A DNA stretch of 38,333 nucleotides from a virus: positions 1-38,333 of IMG/VR virus record IMGVR_UViG_3300009960_000009. The stretch is one strand, 5' to 3'. Below, in pieces: positions 1-8,029 of this stretch. Position 1 is the first letter of the stretch. Each line of letters begins with the position of its first letter. The notes beneath the pieces were generated by a model that had not been told where the DNA came from, ran no database searches, and saw nothing but the letters and a program-made list of their open reading frames with translations. The position numbers and the translations under genes are program-made.

Positions 1-115
1 ATTCTCATTCCACGCCTGAGCCGTGCCGTTTTGGGTTTCTTGCCAAACTTGACCCATGCCGTTCGTATTCTCATTCCACGCCTGAGCCGTGCCGTTTTGG
101 GTTTCTTGCCAAACT
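1..115. repeat. Terminal direct repeat: 1..115 recurs near-identically at ~38219..38333. Internally it is two 49-nt copies separated by a ~16-17-nt spacer. It is coding (C-terminus of the wrap-around tail-fibre ORF).
   Basis: Direct string comparison of the first and last ~115 nt. A single-T difference in the spacer may be real or may be my reading error. Confidence 0.85.
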
Positions 116-1419
116 CCAGGTCTATCAGAGACGAAACCGCTCGCTATATAGTCCAAGTTAATTATTTGCTCAATACAAGCGCCTGCAGCATATGATATAT
201 CGTCAGTAAGACCTATATATCCGCTAGATATATATACTATCGACGACTCTTGTACGATAGTTGCCCCAGATGCGTACTCTGTTGTCTTTTTATCAACAAT
301 AATACCGCTTGCTGCGTATCTACTACTGTTAATTTCATCAACGATAGCGGAAGTATTGTATTTAAGCTCAGTTTTGCCCTCAATTCGTGCACCAACGCTG
401 TAGCTAGAGCTGCCAGGAATATGCCACGAGTCTAGCTCAGCGCCAGCTATATATTCCACTGCACGGTTAATATCCAGAGCGGCCGACGCCTTGTATCCAG
501 TACTAATCTGATATTGTACAGTGGCATTAGTCTTATAGCTTGATAAAATCTGGCGTTCAACTATAGCACCAGCAGAGTATCGGTTGCTCTGAACATGTTG
601 GATAGTAGCATTAGAAACATATTTGGTGTTTTCCGCCCCCTCAATGCGCCCATTAGCCAAATAAGCACTCTCTACCTCCACATACGACGGTATAGCAACA
701 GTACCATATCCGCCATTACCATAAGCTGTGACACTACCATAGCCGCCCCAGAAAAGTCCTGGCGTATCGATAGGGGCCGCTTGCGGATAAGCTATCTTCG
801 CGCCAGCTTTGTATGTTGTGTTGTTTACAGCTCTTGGCGCTGTATCGCCGTTTGTTCCAAACGAGATGAACGAATATCTAACCGTACCCGTCATATAGGT
901 GTGTAAACCAGAATAACTGCCAGTTGGGCGCGCTGTATTGGTGGCATTGAGCATCCAGTTGGCAGGCTCGGGCTGTCCGTCCGTCCACACCTTGGCTTGC
1001 ATCGTACTGCCATTAACCCTAAATCTGGCCCAATAAGTTACGTTCGGCAAATAATTCCACGGTGTCCACGAAAAGTTGCCAGTACCGCCCTCATCGATAG
1101 ACAAATGGCCCTTACCTCCAATAATAGACCCAGATAGCGTATATCCGGTGGTGTTTGCTTCGGCGGTGCCGCCATAACGCAAAGACACAATACCCTGTTT
1201 GCCTCGGTCGCTAGATAGGGTAAACCTCACTAGGGCTTCAACGTCATTAATCCCGTTTATCGGGTTAAATGCCGCCACCTTTGTGCCCGCACTAGTACTC
1301 TCCAAGCTTAGAGAGCCAGCCTCAGCGTATAATCTATGACCGCCGTTTCCTTGCCTAAAAGACCAATCAGATACGTTAGGAGTAGAGCCGTCTCGATAGT
1401 CGAATAGATACTGCGCCAT
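1..1419 (-). CDS. Tail-fibre-like protein with ~10 tandem 14-aa repeats (Y-[AI]-[AS]-[SG]-G-x9). It is truncated at the window edge and continues into 38212..38333, where the C-terminus is ...QAWNENTNGMGQVWQETQNGTAQAWNENV*.
   Basis: Start ATG at 1419 in frame (MAQYLFDYRDG), GGGG RBS 8 nt upstream. Hand-translation of 121..420 shows an open frame with repeats YAASGIIVDKKTTE/YASGATIVQESSIV/YISSGYIGLTDDIS/YAAGACIEQIINLD/YIASGFVSDRPGVW. No other long ORF lies in 1..1420, and the frame is consistent across the 1/38333 junction. Confidence 0.7.
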   Translation of the reverse strand, partial: MAQYLFDYRDGSTPNVSDWSFRQGNGGHRLYAEAGSLSLESTSAGTKVAAFNPINGINDVEALVRFTLSSDRGKQGIVSLRYGGTAEANTTGYTLSGSIIGGKGHLSIDEGGTGNFSWTPWNYLPNVTYWARFRVNGSTMQAKVWTDGQPEPANWMLNATNTARPTGSYSGLHTYMTGTVRYSFISFGTNGDTAPRAVNNTTYKAGAKIAYPQAAPIDTPGLFWGGYGSVTAYGNGGYGTVAIPSYVEVESAYLANGRIEGAENTKYVSNATIQHVQSNRYSAGAIVERQILSSYKTNATVQYQISTGYKASAALDINRAVEYIAGAELDSWHIPGSSSYSVGARIEGKTELKYNTSAIVDEINSSRYAASGIIVDKKTTEYASGATIVQESSIVYISSGYIGLTDDISYAAGACIEQIINLDYIASGFVSDRPGVWQETQNGTAQAWNENTNGMGQVWQETQNGTAQAWNEN

Positions 1420-1424
1420 CCATA

Positions 1425-2213
1425 TTACCCCGCTACAACCTCATAATTCATAACGATATACGGCGGCATATTGTTGTGGGCTTGGTCTGCACCGAATTCG
1501 AATGAAACGTTACCAATACTCTGCGCACCAGCAATGCCGCTGCCACCAGAGCGATATCTGCCGTATTGCTTAGGGATATTTTTTACAGCCCCCGAAGAAG
1601 ATACTCTTGATAGTACCGTGCTGTCACCGTCACCATGGAAGCCAAGAAAAAATTTGCTATTTGGCAATTCGTCGCCAGTAAGGGTATGTTTCTCTTCTCC
1701 TCCGGTAGAGCCAAGTGTATAACTACCCCCAGGACCAAAAGGCATTCTAGTGCGCATATCGGCTAGCGTGAACGTTGTAGATGTCACAATACCATATGCT
1801 GAATTGTTCTTGACATGGTCGTATAGCAGAGGAAAATCTGATTTGTTATGAGTGCCTCCGTTCATGAACAACCTGCCAGACGCTGGTGCTGCATTTAATG
1901 TCATGACGATATCGCCGATAGCTGGCGCGGTTTCTGCATAGATACCGCTCGACATAATAGCCCCATTCTCAAATTGCTTTGCGTCAGTGCCCTTCTTCCC
2001 GCGCTCGACAACCACAAAACCATAGTCAGTTTGTGTCACCAAAACTATCTCGCTATTGAGTGGGGTGCTTAGCTGTCCAGGCGGAGAAATCGTCATATAA
2101 AACGGCGGTTCCGGCAATATACTAGTATAATTTGAGTCAAAACGCACAATCGTGTCTATCGCCGATAGCTGGCCTAGCAATACAAGGTTGAGTAAATTTC
2201 TTTTATTATCCAC
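1425..2213 (-). CDS. Tail fibre / receptor-binding protein with a phage tail-collar (MdpB-like) C-terminal domain.
   Basis: GEEKHTLTGDELPNSKFFLGFHGDGDS ... HNNMPPYIVMNYEVVAG matches the tail-collar domain signature (…H.H…NMPPY…NY…). TAA stop at 1425..1427. Confidence 0.7.
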   Translation of the reverse strand: MDNKRNLLNLVLLGQLSAIDTIVRFDSNYTSILPEPPFYMTISPPGQLSTPLNSEIVLVTQTDYGFVVVERGKKGTDAKQFENGAIMSSGIYAETAPAIGDIVMTLNAAPASGRLFMNGGTHNKSDFPLLYDHVKNNSAYGIVTSTTFTLADMRTRMPFGPGGSYTLGSTGGEEKHTLTGDELPNSKFFLGFHGDGDSTVLSRVSSSGAVKNIPKQYGRYRSGGSGIAGAQSIGNVSFEFGADQAHNNMPPYIVMNYEVVAG

Positions 2214-2616
2214 GGATCGTCACCACCTTCTTGATATTTTTACCGTTAGCATCCTTAATCTCATACCCAAAATTATAAGATACAGTCTGCACTTCGCCGG
2301 TCTGTAAATTGGCTTGCTGCGTACGATAGTAGATTAGCTTACGCTCAGTAGAATCTACTGGAGGTCCAGCGATATGAAAAGTGGCATTATTAACGTAGAA
2401 TTCGCCAGTAGCCATAGATACTGCAAAGATATTAGGAACTTCCTCGCCTATCAGCGCAAAAAACGCCAGCGGCGACTTTTTTTGGTAATCTAAAATATCA
2501 CGAAAAGCCGACGGGTTATGCTCGGCCTTATCATCGTGCTTTGAATATCTATCATCAGCTGGCTGCGTGATAACATGTCCGTCTAAGAACGTCGCTTCCC
2601 AAAGGTATTTAAGCAT
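2206..2616 (-). CDS. Hypothetical tail-associated protein.
   Basis: ORF with AGGAGG RBS 7 nt upstream of ATG. 8-nt overlap with the downstream fibre gene. Confidence 0.5.
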   Translation of the reverse strand: MLKYLWEATFLDGHVITQPADDRYSKHDDKAEHNPSAFRDILDYQKKSPLAFFALIGEEVPNIFAVSMATGEFYVNNATFHIAGPPVDSTERKLIYYRTQQANLQTGEVQTVSYNFGYEIKDANGKNIKKVVTIRG

Positions 2617-2638
2617 TGTATTGCCTCCTGCGTATTAA

Positions 2639-3169
2639 TTAATTCTCGTTCCACTGCAAGGTCATCGTCATGTCGCCGATGTCGCCCTTAGCGGCCGTAT
2701 TTTGCGTCTGAAGCTGCGTTACCAGGTATTGGCTGTAGCCAGCAGCGGTTAGTTTATTCGCTGCCGCGCCCTCAGGCCCAGTTGTAGAAAACTGCACGTT
2801 CATGCCATTGTTAATCTGCGTAGGCGTGCTGATATTAGTAGCGTCAGCCAATGCGTCTCTGGCTGGTGTCGCGTAAGTACTGGTAACCTTGCCTACAATA
2901 GACAGTCCAGAGCCAAGCGAGCCAGCAGTATGCGCGAACTTCGCTGCCGACACCTCGTTAAACGTGCCAGAAAATTTTACGAACCGATATTTATGGAAGC
3001 TATTTTGTCCTGCGATAATGCGCGAGGTAGCTTTAGTAGCTGTAGCGCTATCTACCGCTACGAAATCACTGCGGCTATTGTTATCGCCTGTCTTAGTGCG
3101 CGTAGCACCTTTAGCTGGCGCTCCAGTGGCCGCGCCATTATCTTCATACCATTCTGCTACTGCTGTCAT
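2639..3169 (-). CDS. Hypothetical virion protein, Ala/Thr-rich. Its C-terminus ...TLQWNEN* echoes the AQAWNEN ending of the repeat fibre.
   Basis: AAGGAG RBS 8 nt upstream of ATG (MTAVAEWYEDNG). Confidence 0.5.
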   Translation of the reverse strand: MTAVAEWYEDNGAATGAPAKGATRTKTGDNNSRSDFVAVDSATATKATSRIIAGQNSFHKYRFVKFSGTFNEVSAAKFAHTAGSLGSGLSIVGKVTSTYATPARDALADATNISTPTQINNGMNVQFSTTGPEGAAANKLTAAGYSQYLVTQLQTQNTAAKGDIGDMTMTLQWNEN

Positions 3170-3608
3170 GTGTTATCTCCTTATTATGTTCTAGCTTTAT
3201 AATAGCACGGTCTGGAGTTGCATAACTCAGCGGTATATAATTGCCGTTTGCTAATACTGCTACAGCTTTGCCATCTAAATCCCTGCACGTGTTAACGCCT
3301 TCAAATCCTAAACAATATACCCCTTGAATTCTACTATAAATCGGCCGCGATGAACGTATTTTGTAGTCTGTCATTAGAATTCTATCGTCTGGTGTTGAGA
3401 TATAAGCATCACCGTCGAAATCGAAATCGACGGTGTACTTTTGTCCGTTCACATACAGACTGAAATATTCAAGATAGTGTTTCTTAGGGTTATCAAGCGT
3501 TCCGTACAGATAATCTACCAAATCCTGTACAAGACGTTCCTCCTCCTCAAAGTTGGGGCACTCTATCAGCCGCTCATCGCGAAATAAAGCTTGCCATCCG
3601 AAGTTCAC
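3144..3608 (-). CDS. Hypothetical protein (GTG start).
   Basis: TAGGAG RBS 6 nt upstream of GTG. Lies in the late operon between the lysin and fibre genes. Confidence 0.45.
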   Translation of the reverse strand: MNFGWQALFRDERLIECPNFEEEERLVQDLVDYLYGTLDNPKKHYLEYFSLYVNGQKYTVDFDFDGDAYISTPDDRILMTDYKIRSSRPIYSRIQGVYCLGFEGVNTCRDLDGKAVAVLANGNYIPLSYATPDRAIIKLEHNKEITHDSSSRMV

Positions 3609-3617
3609 CCTATACTC

Positions 3618-5873
3618 CTATTTTTTAGAACTTAGCTTGAATATGATTTTCATATTGCCTAAGAATGCCGTGATAGCTCCAGCAACAGCAAATATCTCAG
3701 TAATTCGGCTAGGAATAAACACCGACGTGACAACAGCTACCATACCTGCTAACGCAATACCAATGTCTGTAACAAAGTAAACCTTGTCTTTTACTTGCGT
3801 TGAGATTGTCGGCGAGTATTCAGTGTCGCCTACTTGTTTGTTAATATTTTCTTGAAATTTTTCTAGCTGAGCCATTTGCTCCTCCGTTAGTATTAATGGT
3901 TTATTACCTATTTCAGCTGGTTTTTCCACTTCACCGCTCCCATCTTTAGGCTTTTGCTCAGATTGCCCATTTCCTGGCTCTGCAGGAGGCGTTACATCTT
4001 GAGATGGCTGATTATTCGTCTCAGGTTGCTTCTGCGGCTCCTGCGAACTCTCAGGCTGCTCGTTTTTTGGCGCTTCTACCTGCTTTTTGAGCGGCTGAGG
4101 AGTTCCTGCATCATTTTCGCTGATTTCAGTCATCGGCTCTACGTCAATCCAGCAGTCCATGCCGCCAATATGAAGTTTTGCCATCCACTGCTCGCTTGTA
4201 TCGCTCTTGCCTAAATCAAGTACGCGATATTTACCAGGGATTTTGAATAGCTCGCCGACATTCAAGTCTTGGTCTGGTGTAGCGTAGCTTGCGCGGTCTA
4301 CCTCGACTAGCGGCTCTACTGGTACGCCATTATCTGACCACGTAAAGTCTTGCTTGCACAAAGTATTGCTACGAACTTGCCAAACGCCATCAACTATTTG
4401 CATGTCGTCCACCTGATAAATCCCATCGAACCTCACCCAGCTACCAACTTCAAGGTCTTGATCGACTGGATTATTTGGCGCAACTGGCGCTGGAGGATTA
4501 GAGCTACCGCCTCTGTAACGAAATACGCGCAGTTGCTTTACGCCAGCAGCGCTAGCAAAGGCGTCGTGGTTATTAACGCTCATACCGTAGCTAAAATTAC
4601 AATGAACGATATCGTTAGGGTTGATAAATATGCCTGTGTGAGCTCCGCCGCCTGGCGTCGTCCAATCTCCAGAGATTAGCCAGAGGAAAATGTCGCCGCG
4701 CTGAGCATCAATCGTGCCGTTAGCGTCGGCTGGTATTTCAGAAAACCCGTGAGCTGGCAGGTCGCTAAACATCCGTCCAGTCCAGCCAATCGGCGTACTA
4801 GGCGGGAGGATGCCGGCTGCTTTTAAAGCGTGATAGACTGCACTCGAGCAGTTACCGGTGATAAAAGGTGTGCCGTTGACACGTGCAACTATATATGTGC
4901 TCTCTACTGAGATACATGACACCATAGTCTCGCGAGTAGAGATTTTCTGGCCAAGGCTATAGCTTGGATTAGTATAGTAAGTCAACACATAGTAATCTGA
5001 GTAATTCTCGCTCCGGTTATCAACTATTTTTCGTTGTGTTGATTTGACGCCGTTGACAGTAAATACAGCCTGAACAGTATCTACATCTTTTTTATTTGTA
5101 GAGCCAAATAGCTTTCTTGCGCCGTAATCCGTGCCGTCCCACTTGTACAGCTCGTGGAAGAATACATCGAACTTATGTTCGTCGATGTTCACCCAGTCTT
5201 CTGTAAACGATTTGTCTTTCAGATACTTCTCTGCGAAATTATCAATAATGGTATTGTCATCAATCGTTATCTGAGCAGTATCATCCTTTAACTCATCGTA
5301 AATAGTGTATGTTAGGCCAATACTCTCTAATAGGTCGAGGAGCCTATTAATTTTCCTCTTCTTGCTGAGGTGAAAATGAACACGTGTTGTGTTGCCAGAT
5401 ATCTTTTTGTAGTGGCCGTCGGCTTGAATCGCCACAAGCAGCTTAAACTCATCATCAGATAGGTCATTCAGCGCTGTGTACGGCTTGTCCATAGTAGTCA
5501 TATCTGGCGTGATAACAGAATAGCTGTCCTTAATGTCACCCCATAACGCTTCTCGAATATAGTTTGTCTTCTTAGTGCGATACAGTACTCGGTGGCTATC
5601 AGTCGCTTCAAAGTCTCCACGGCGTGTGACTTCTGCCATATATGGCTCAACAACGTTCATGACCTTTGTTGGAGACAATTTGTTGGTTTTGACGTCATAT
5701 TGCACCACATCGTCGCCAACTGCGAACTCGCTCAGAGGTTTCCAGCCTGTCGGTGTAAGAAGTTCTGTACTGTCTAATGGCAGGCAGTCGTAACTCTCTG
5801 GTCCATTCCTATTCTCCATCGAGTAGCTAACTTTACCGACACGAGATAACATCCAGTTGATCGCTTGTTCCAT
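3618..5873 (-). CDS. Intein-containing NlpC/P60-CHAP-type cysteine peptidoglycan endopeptidase. It also carries an SH3b-like module, a Pro/Gln/Glu-rich linker and two C-terminal TM helices. Likely a virion-associated lysin or endolysin.
   Basis: Spliced extein reads ...NRNGPESYD|CSSAVYHALKAAGILPP...GDIFLWL...GGGAHTGIFINPNDIVHCN, a Cys/His NlpC-P60 signature. C-terminus IGIALAGMVAVVTSVFIP...IFAVAGAITAFLG is hydrophobic. AAGGAGAGG RBS. Confidence 0.8.
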   Translation of the reverse strand: MEQAINWMLSRVGKVSYSMENRNGPESYDCLPLDSTELLTPTGWKPLSEFAVGDDVVQYDVKTNKLSPTKVMNVVEPYMAEVTRRGDFEATDSHRVLYRTKKTNYIREALWGDIKDSYSVITPDMTTMDKPYTALNDLSDDEFKLLVAIQADGHYKKISGNTTRVHFHLSKKRKINRLLDLLESIGLTYTIYDELKDDTAQITIDDNTIIDNFAEKYLKDKSFTEDWVNIDEHKFDVFFHELYKWDGTDYGARKLFGSTNKKDVDTVQAVFTVNGVKSTQRKIVDNRSENYSDYYVLTYYTNPSYSLGQKISTRETMVSCISVESTYIVARVNGTPFITGNCSSAVYHALKAAGILPPSTPIGWTGRMFSDLPAHGFSEIPADANGTIDAQRGDIFLWLISGDWTTPGGGAHTGIFINPNDIVHCNFSYGMSVNNHDAFASAAGVKQLRVFRYRGGSSNPPAPVAPNNPVDQDLEVGSWVRFDGIYQVDDMQIVDGVWQVRSNTLCKQDFTWSDNGVPVEPLVEVDRASYATPDQDLNVGELFKIPGKYRVLDLGKSDTSEQWMAKLHIGGMDCWIDVEPMTEISENDAGTPQPLKKQVEAPKNEQPESSQEPQKQPETNNQPSQDVTPPAEPGNGQSEQKPKDGSGEVEKPAEIGNKPLILTEEQMAQLEKFQENINKQVGDTEYSPTISTQVKDKVYFVTDIGIALAGMVAVVTSVFIPSRITEIFAVAGAITAFLGNMKIIFKLSSKK
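4851..5786 (-). mobile_element. Intein (~312 aa, residues 30-341 of the lysin) with a LAGLIDADG-type homing-endonuclease core. It is inserted immediately before the catalytic Cys of the NlpC/P60 domain.
   Basis: Block A is CLPLDSTELLTPTGWKPLSEFAVGDDVV (Cys1 codon 5784..5786). Block B is EATDSHRVL (TxxH). The endonuclease motif is FKLLVAIQADGHYKK. C-terminal block ...YIVARVNGTPFITGN precedes +1 Cys (Asn codon 4851..4853, +1 Cys TGC 4848..4850). The penultimate residue is Gly, not His. Confidence 0.75.
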
Positions 5874-6259
5874 TATTTCCTCTCCTTAGCGTCAATCGTT
5901 CCTTTAATAACATTAGATTGCTGAAAAAACTGCTGTGCCATCTGCATTGCATTCAATCCCGTGGCTACGATAAACAGAGTAAAGGTTGTGCCAGCAAAAA
6001 AATTCAATATCTTATTCTCGGACAGTACAATCACTTTTATTAAAAAGTTGTTTGTCAGCTTGTTGTTTAACTCTTTTAAGCTAGCCAATGATTCGTCGGT
6101 CTCTTTTCTGTACTCCTCGAGCTCGCGCTTAAGCGCCAGATTGTCCAGCTTCTCATTTATTTTTTCAAGCATGACGGTATGCTTGTTGGATTCGTCTTTA
6201 ACATGTGCTATGTCAGATTGCATCATGCCGAACTCTTTAGCGGATATTTCAGAACACAT
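5873..6259 (-). CDS. Coiled-coil protein with a C-terminal TM helix. Possibly lysis-associated (holin or spanin-like) or an assembly factor.
   Basis: N-terminal heptad-like KLDNLALKRELEEYRKE. Hydrophobic FFAGTTFTLFIVATGLNAMQMA. TAATG stop/start overlap with the lysin gene. Confidence 0.4.
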   Translation of the reverse strand: MCSEISAKEFGMMQSDIAHVKDESNKHTVMLEKINEKLDNLALKRELEEYRKETDESLASLKELNNKLTNNFLIKVIVLSENKILNFFAGTTFTLFIVATGLNAMQMAQQFFQQSNVIKGTIDAKERK

Positions 6260-6342
6260 TGATTTCTAGCAATTTATTTATATTATTCATTTTCGCCCTC
6301 CTATACTATTAGATTAGCACGGAGGGCGAGAAAAACTGTTGT

Positions 6343-6894
6343 CTATTCGCTAAAACCCAGGTCTTCAACCTCTGCGTCGTCTAGCTCGAGGTCAACTGGC
6401 TTTTTCTTGGCTGGCTTAGCTGTTTGTTTTTTAGGTGCACTTTTTACCTTGTCTTTTACTGGAGCTGAGCTTTGGCTAGCTGGATCGAATACACCACCGT
6501 AAGCTAAGCTTAAGAATTCTTGCCGCGCCTGCGCGTCTGTTGCGACCATGCTCAGATTACCCTTTTCCTGAGCATACTCTTTAAACAGACGGTCTAACGC
6601 GACTAAAGCTTCCCAACCGCGCACAGTAACGCTAGCGCCCTCGTCGAGTACTCGTATTTGTCGAGGTCCATGATACACGCGACGTGTATTCTGATTAGGC
6701 TCCTCAACGACTTCATCGTGCGGGTCTACATAAATCCAGCCTGTTTTATGCTTGAATGGATTTTTAATTATTACGTAGTCGTCTGAGCGAAACATCTCAG
6801 ACAATTCTTGCGCCAGCGTCTTGCTAGCCGAGCCTGGCGCGCTTACACCGCCTTGTAGCTCTTGTTCTAATTGTTGCTCAATATAATCATTCAT
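6343..6894 (-). CDS. Hypothetical head-module protein with a Lys-rich C-terminus.
   Basis: ORF in the late operon. No recognisable motif. Confidence 0.45.
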   Translation of the reverse strand: MNDYIEQQLEQELQGGVSAPGSASKTLAQELSEMFRSDDYVIIKNPFKHKTGWIYVDPHDEVVEEPNQNTRRVYHGPRQIRVLDEGASVTVRGWEALVALDRLFKEYAQEKGNLSMVATDAQARQEFLSLAYGGVFDPASQSSAPVKDKVKSAPKKQTAKPAKKKPVDLELDDAEVEDLGFSE

Positions 6895-6909
6895 CTTTGA
6901 TAAACTCCT

Positions 6910-7968
6910 TTAATCATCAAATTCATCTGCAAACATTTCGGCCAGCTGTTGCGAGGACAGTCCTTGTCCAGCATATCGTCCAGACGGGCGGCTGGTAGCA
7001 TTATTAACCTTACTCTGCGTGCCTCTACTGGATTTACCTGCGACATTGCGCGAGATTTGTTTACGTTCCTTATCAGCGGCCGAGCTAGTCTTTGCCTTCG
7101 CGTTTGAGAGCTCGCCAGCGTAAAGCTCTGGGTGTATTGCCTTAAACAAAAATCCAGCCGTTACCACAGACACTTTTTCGCCCTGCTGCGCCAACTGACG
7201 CTGCAAGTTGATAATCTCGTTAGCGCGCATCACGCCAGCGTCATTGTCAAACTCAGCTGTACCTAGTTTAGCTTTAATTTCTGGAACAATTCCTTGTTTG
7301 ACCAAAGCTTCTATACCCTCGACAATCTCCTGCGATTCTTTTTGAGAAACCTGTCGCTGCTCATATTCTTCGCGATTCCTTTTAATCTCTCGCCTCATCT
7401 CTTCAGCGCGTTGCGTTTGCACCTGTATCTCAGAGTTGAACCGAGAGCGCTCCCTGTCGTCGGCGGCTTCAAATCCATCTGGCAGCTGCTCAGGAGTTTT
7501 TACGCGGTGTACATTACCGTCCTTGTCGCGAACAGAGATATATGGCAGATTATGATAGATAAATCGGCGCTCTGCGTCCATTCTGTCCCACGCGTCTTCA
7601 CTAACCTCTTTTGGACGCTTATCCCAGAACGGCGGCTCTTGCGGTTGCTGTTGTTGGGGCTGCTGAGGCTGTTCCTTGTTATCAACAGCCTTCAGCCCGC
7701 GGCGCTCCAACTCTTTCTGAAAATCCTCGTCAGACATGCCAGCTGGTTCATCGGGCGTGTCGTCGGTATCGTTAGTGTCCTCGTCTGTTTCAGACTTTTC
7801 ATCAGGAGCTTCGTTATCGGTGCTGTTGCTTTCGTCAGCTTCAGCCTCGTCGCTATTTGGCTCTTCTGTGTTCTCGTCTTGAGTATCGTTTTCCTCCTGA
7901 GATTCACTCTCTTGAGCAAAATCTTCCTCAGTTAGGCTATCTGCTAGTTCTTGCAGCTCGCTGCTCAC
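6910..7968 (-). CDS. Highly acidic protein. Putative scaffolding protein.
   Basis: N-terminal ~100 aa are >40% D/E (SDEAEADESNSTDNEAPDEKSETDED). Central region is charged and coiled-coil-like. Position is downstream of portal. Confidence 0.4.
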   Translation of the reverse strand: MSSELQELADSLTEEDFAQESESQEENDTQDENTEEPNSDEAEADESNSTDNEAPDEKSETDEDTNDTDDTPDEPAGMSDEDFQKELERRGLKAVDNKEQPQQPQQQQPQEPPFWDKRPKEVSEDAWDRMDAERRFIYHNLPYISVRDKDGNVHRVKTPEQLPDGFEAADDRERSRFNSEIQVQTQRAEEMRREIKRNREEYEQRQVSQKESQEIVEGIEALVKQGIVPEIKAKLGTAEFDNDAGVMRANEIINLQRQLAQQGEKVSVVTAGFLFKAIHPELYAGELSNAKAKTSSAADKERKQISRNVAGKSSRGTQSKVNNATSRPSGRYAGQGLSSQQLAEMFADEFDD

Positions 7969-8029
7969 TATGCCCTCCTTTTAAAATTAGTGTTGATTTT
8001 ATAATACGATATTGTTCAATGATTAGCAA

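Noticed and set aside
1-115. Interpreting the terminal 115-nt repeat as a non-coding direct terminal repeat of a linear genome.
   Set aside because: An uninterrupted ORF runs through it and across the junction. Coding continuity is best explained by a circular or permuted unit with an assembly overlap.
250-906. Plus-strand ORFs 250..435 and 595..906 in the track.
   Set aside because: Both lie entirely inside the open minus-strand tail-fibre frame. They have no RBS and a low-complexity, odd composition, so they are spurious antisense ORFs.
2889-3202. Plus-strand ORFs 2889..3194 and 2930..3202. Also 1471..1722 (+), 3553..3780 (+), 3954..4214 (+), 4350..4679 (+), 5575..5793 (+), 7294..7935 (+) and the minus-strand ORFs 7500..7685 (-), 7692..7919 (-). 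Also 32478..32969 (-) and other ORFs nested antisense within large genes.
   Set aside because: All are embedded in, or out of frame with, well-supported minus-strand genes with strong RBSs. They show Arg/Leu/Cys-rich antisense-type composition and no SD.
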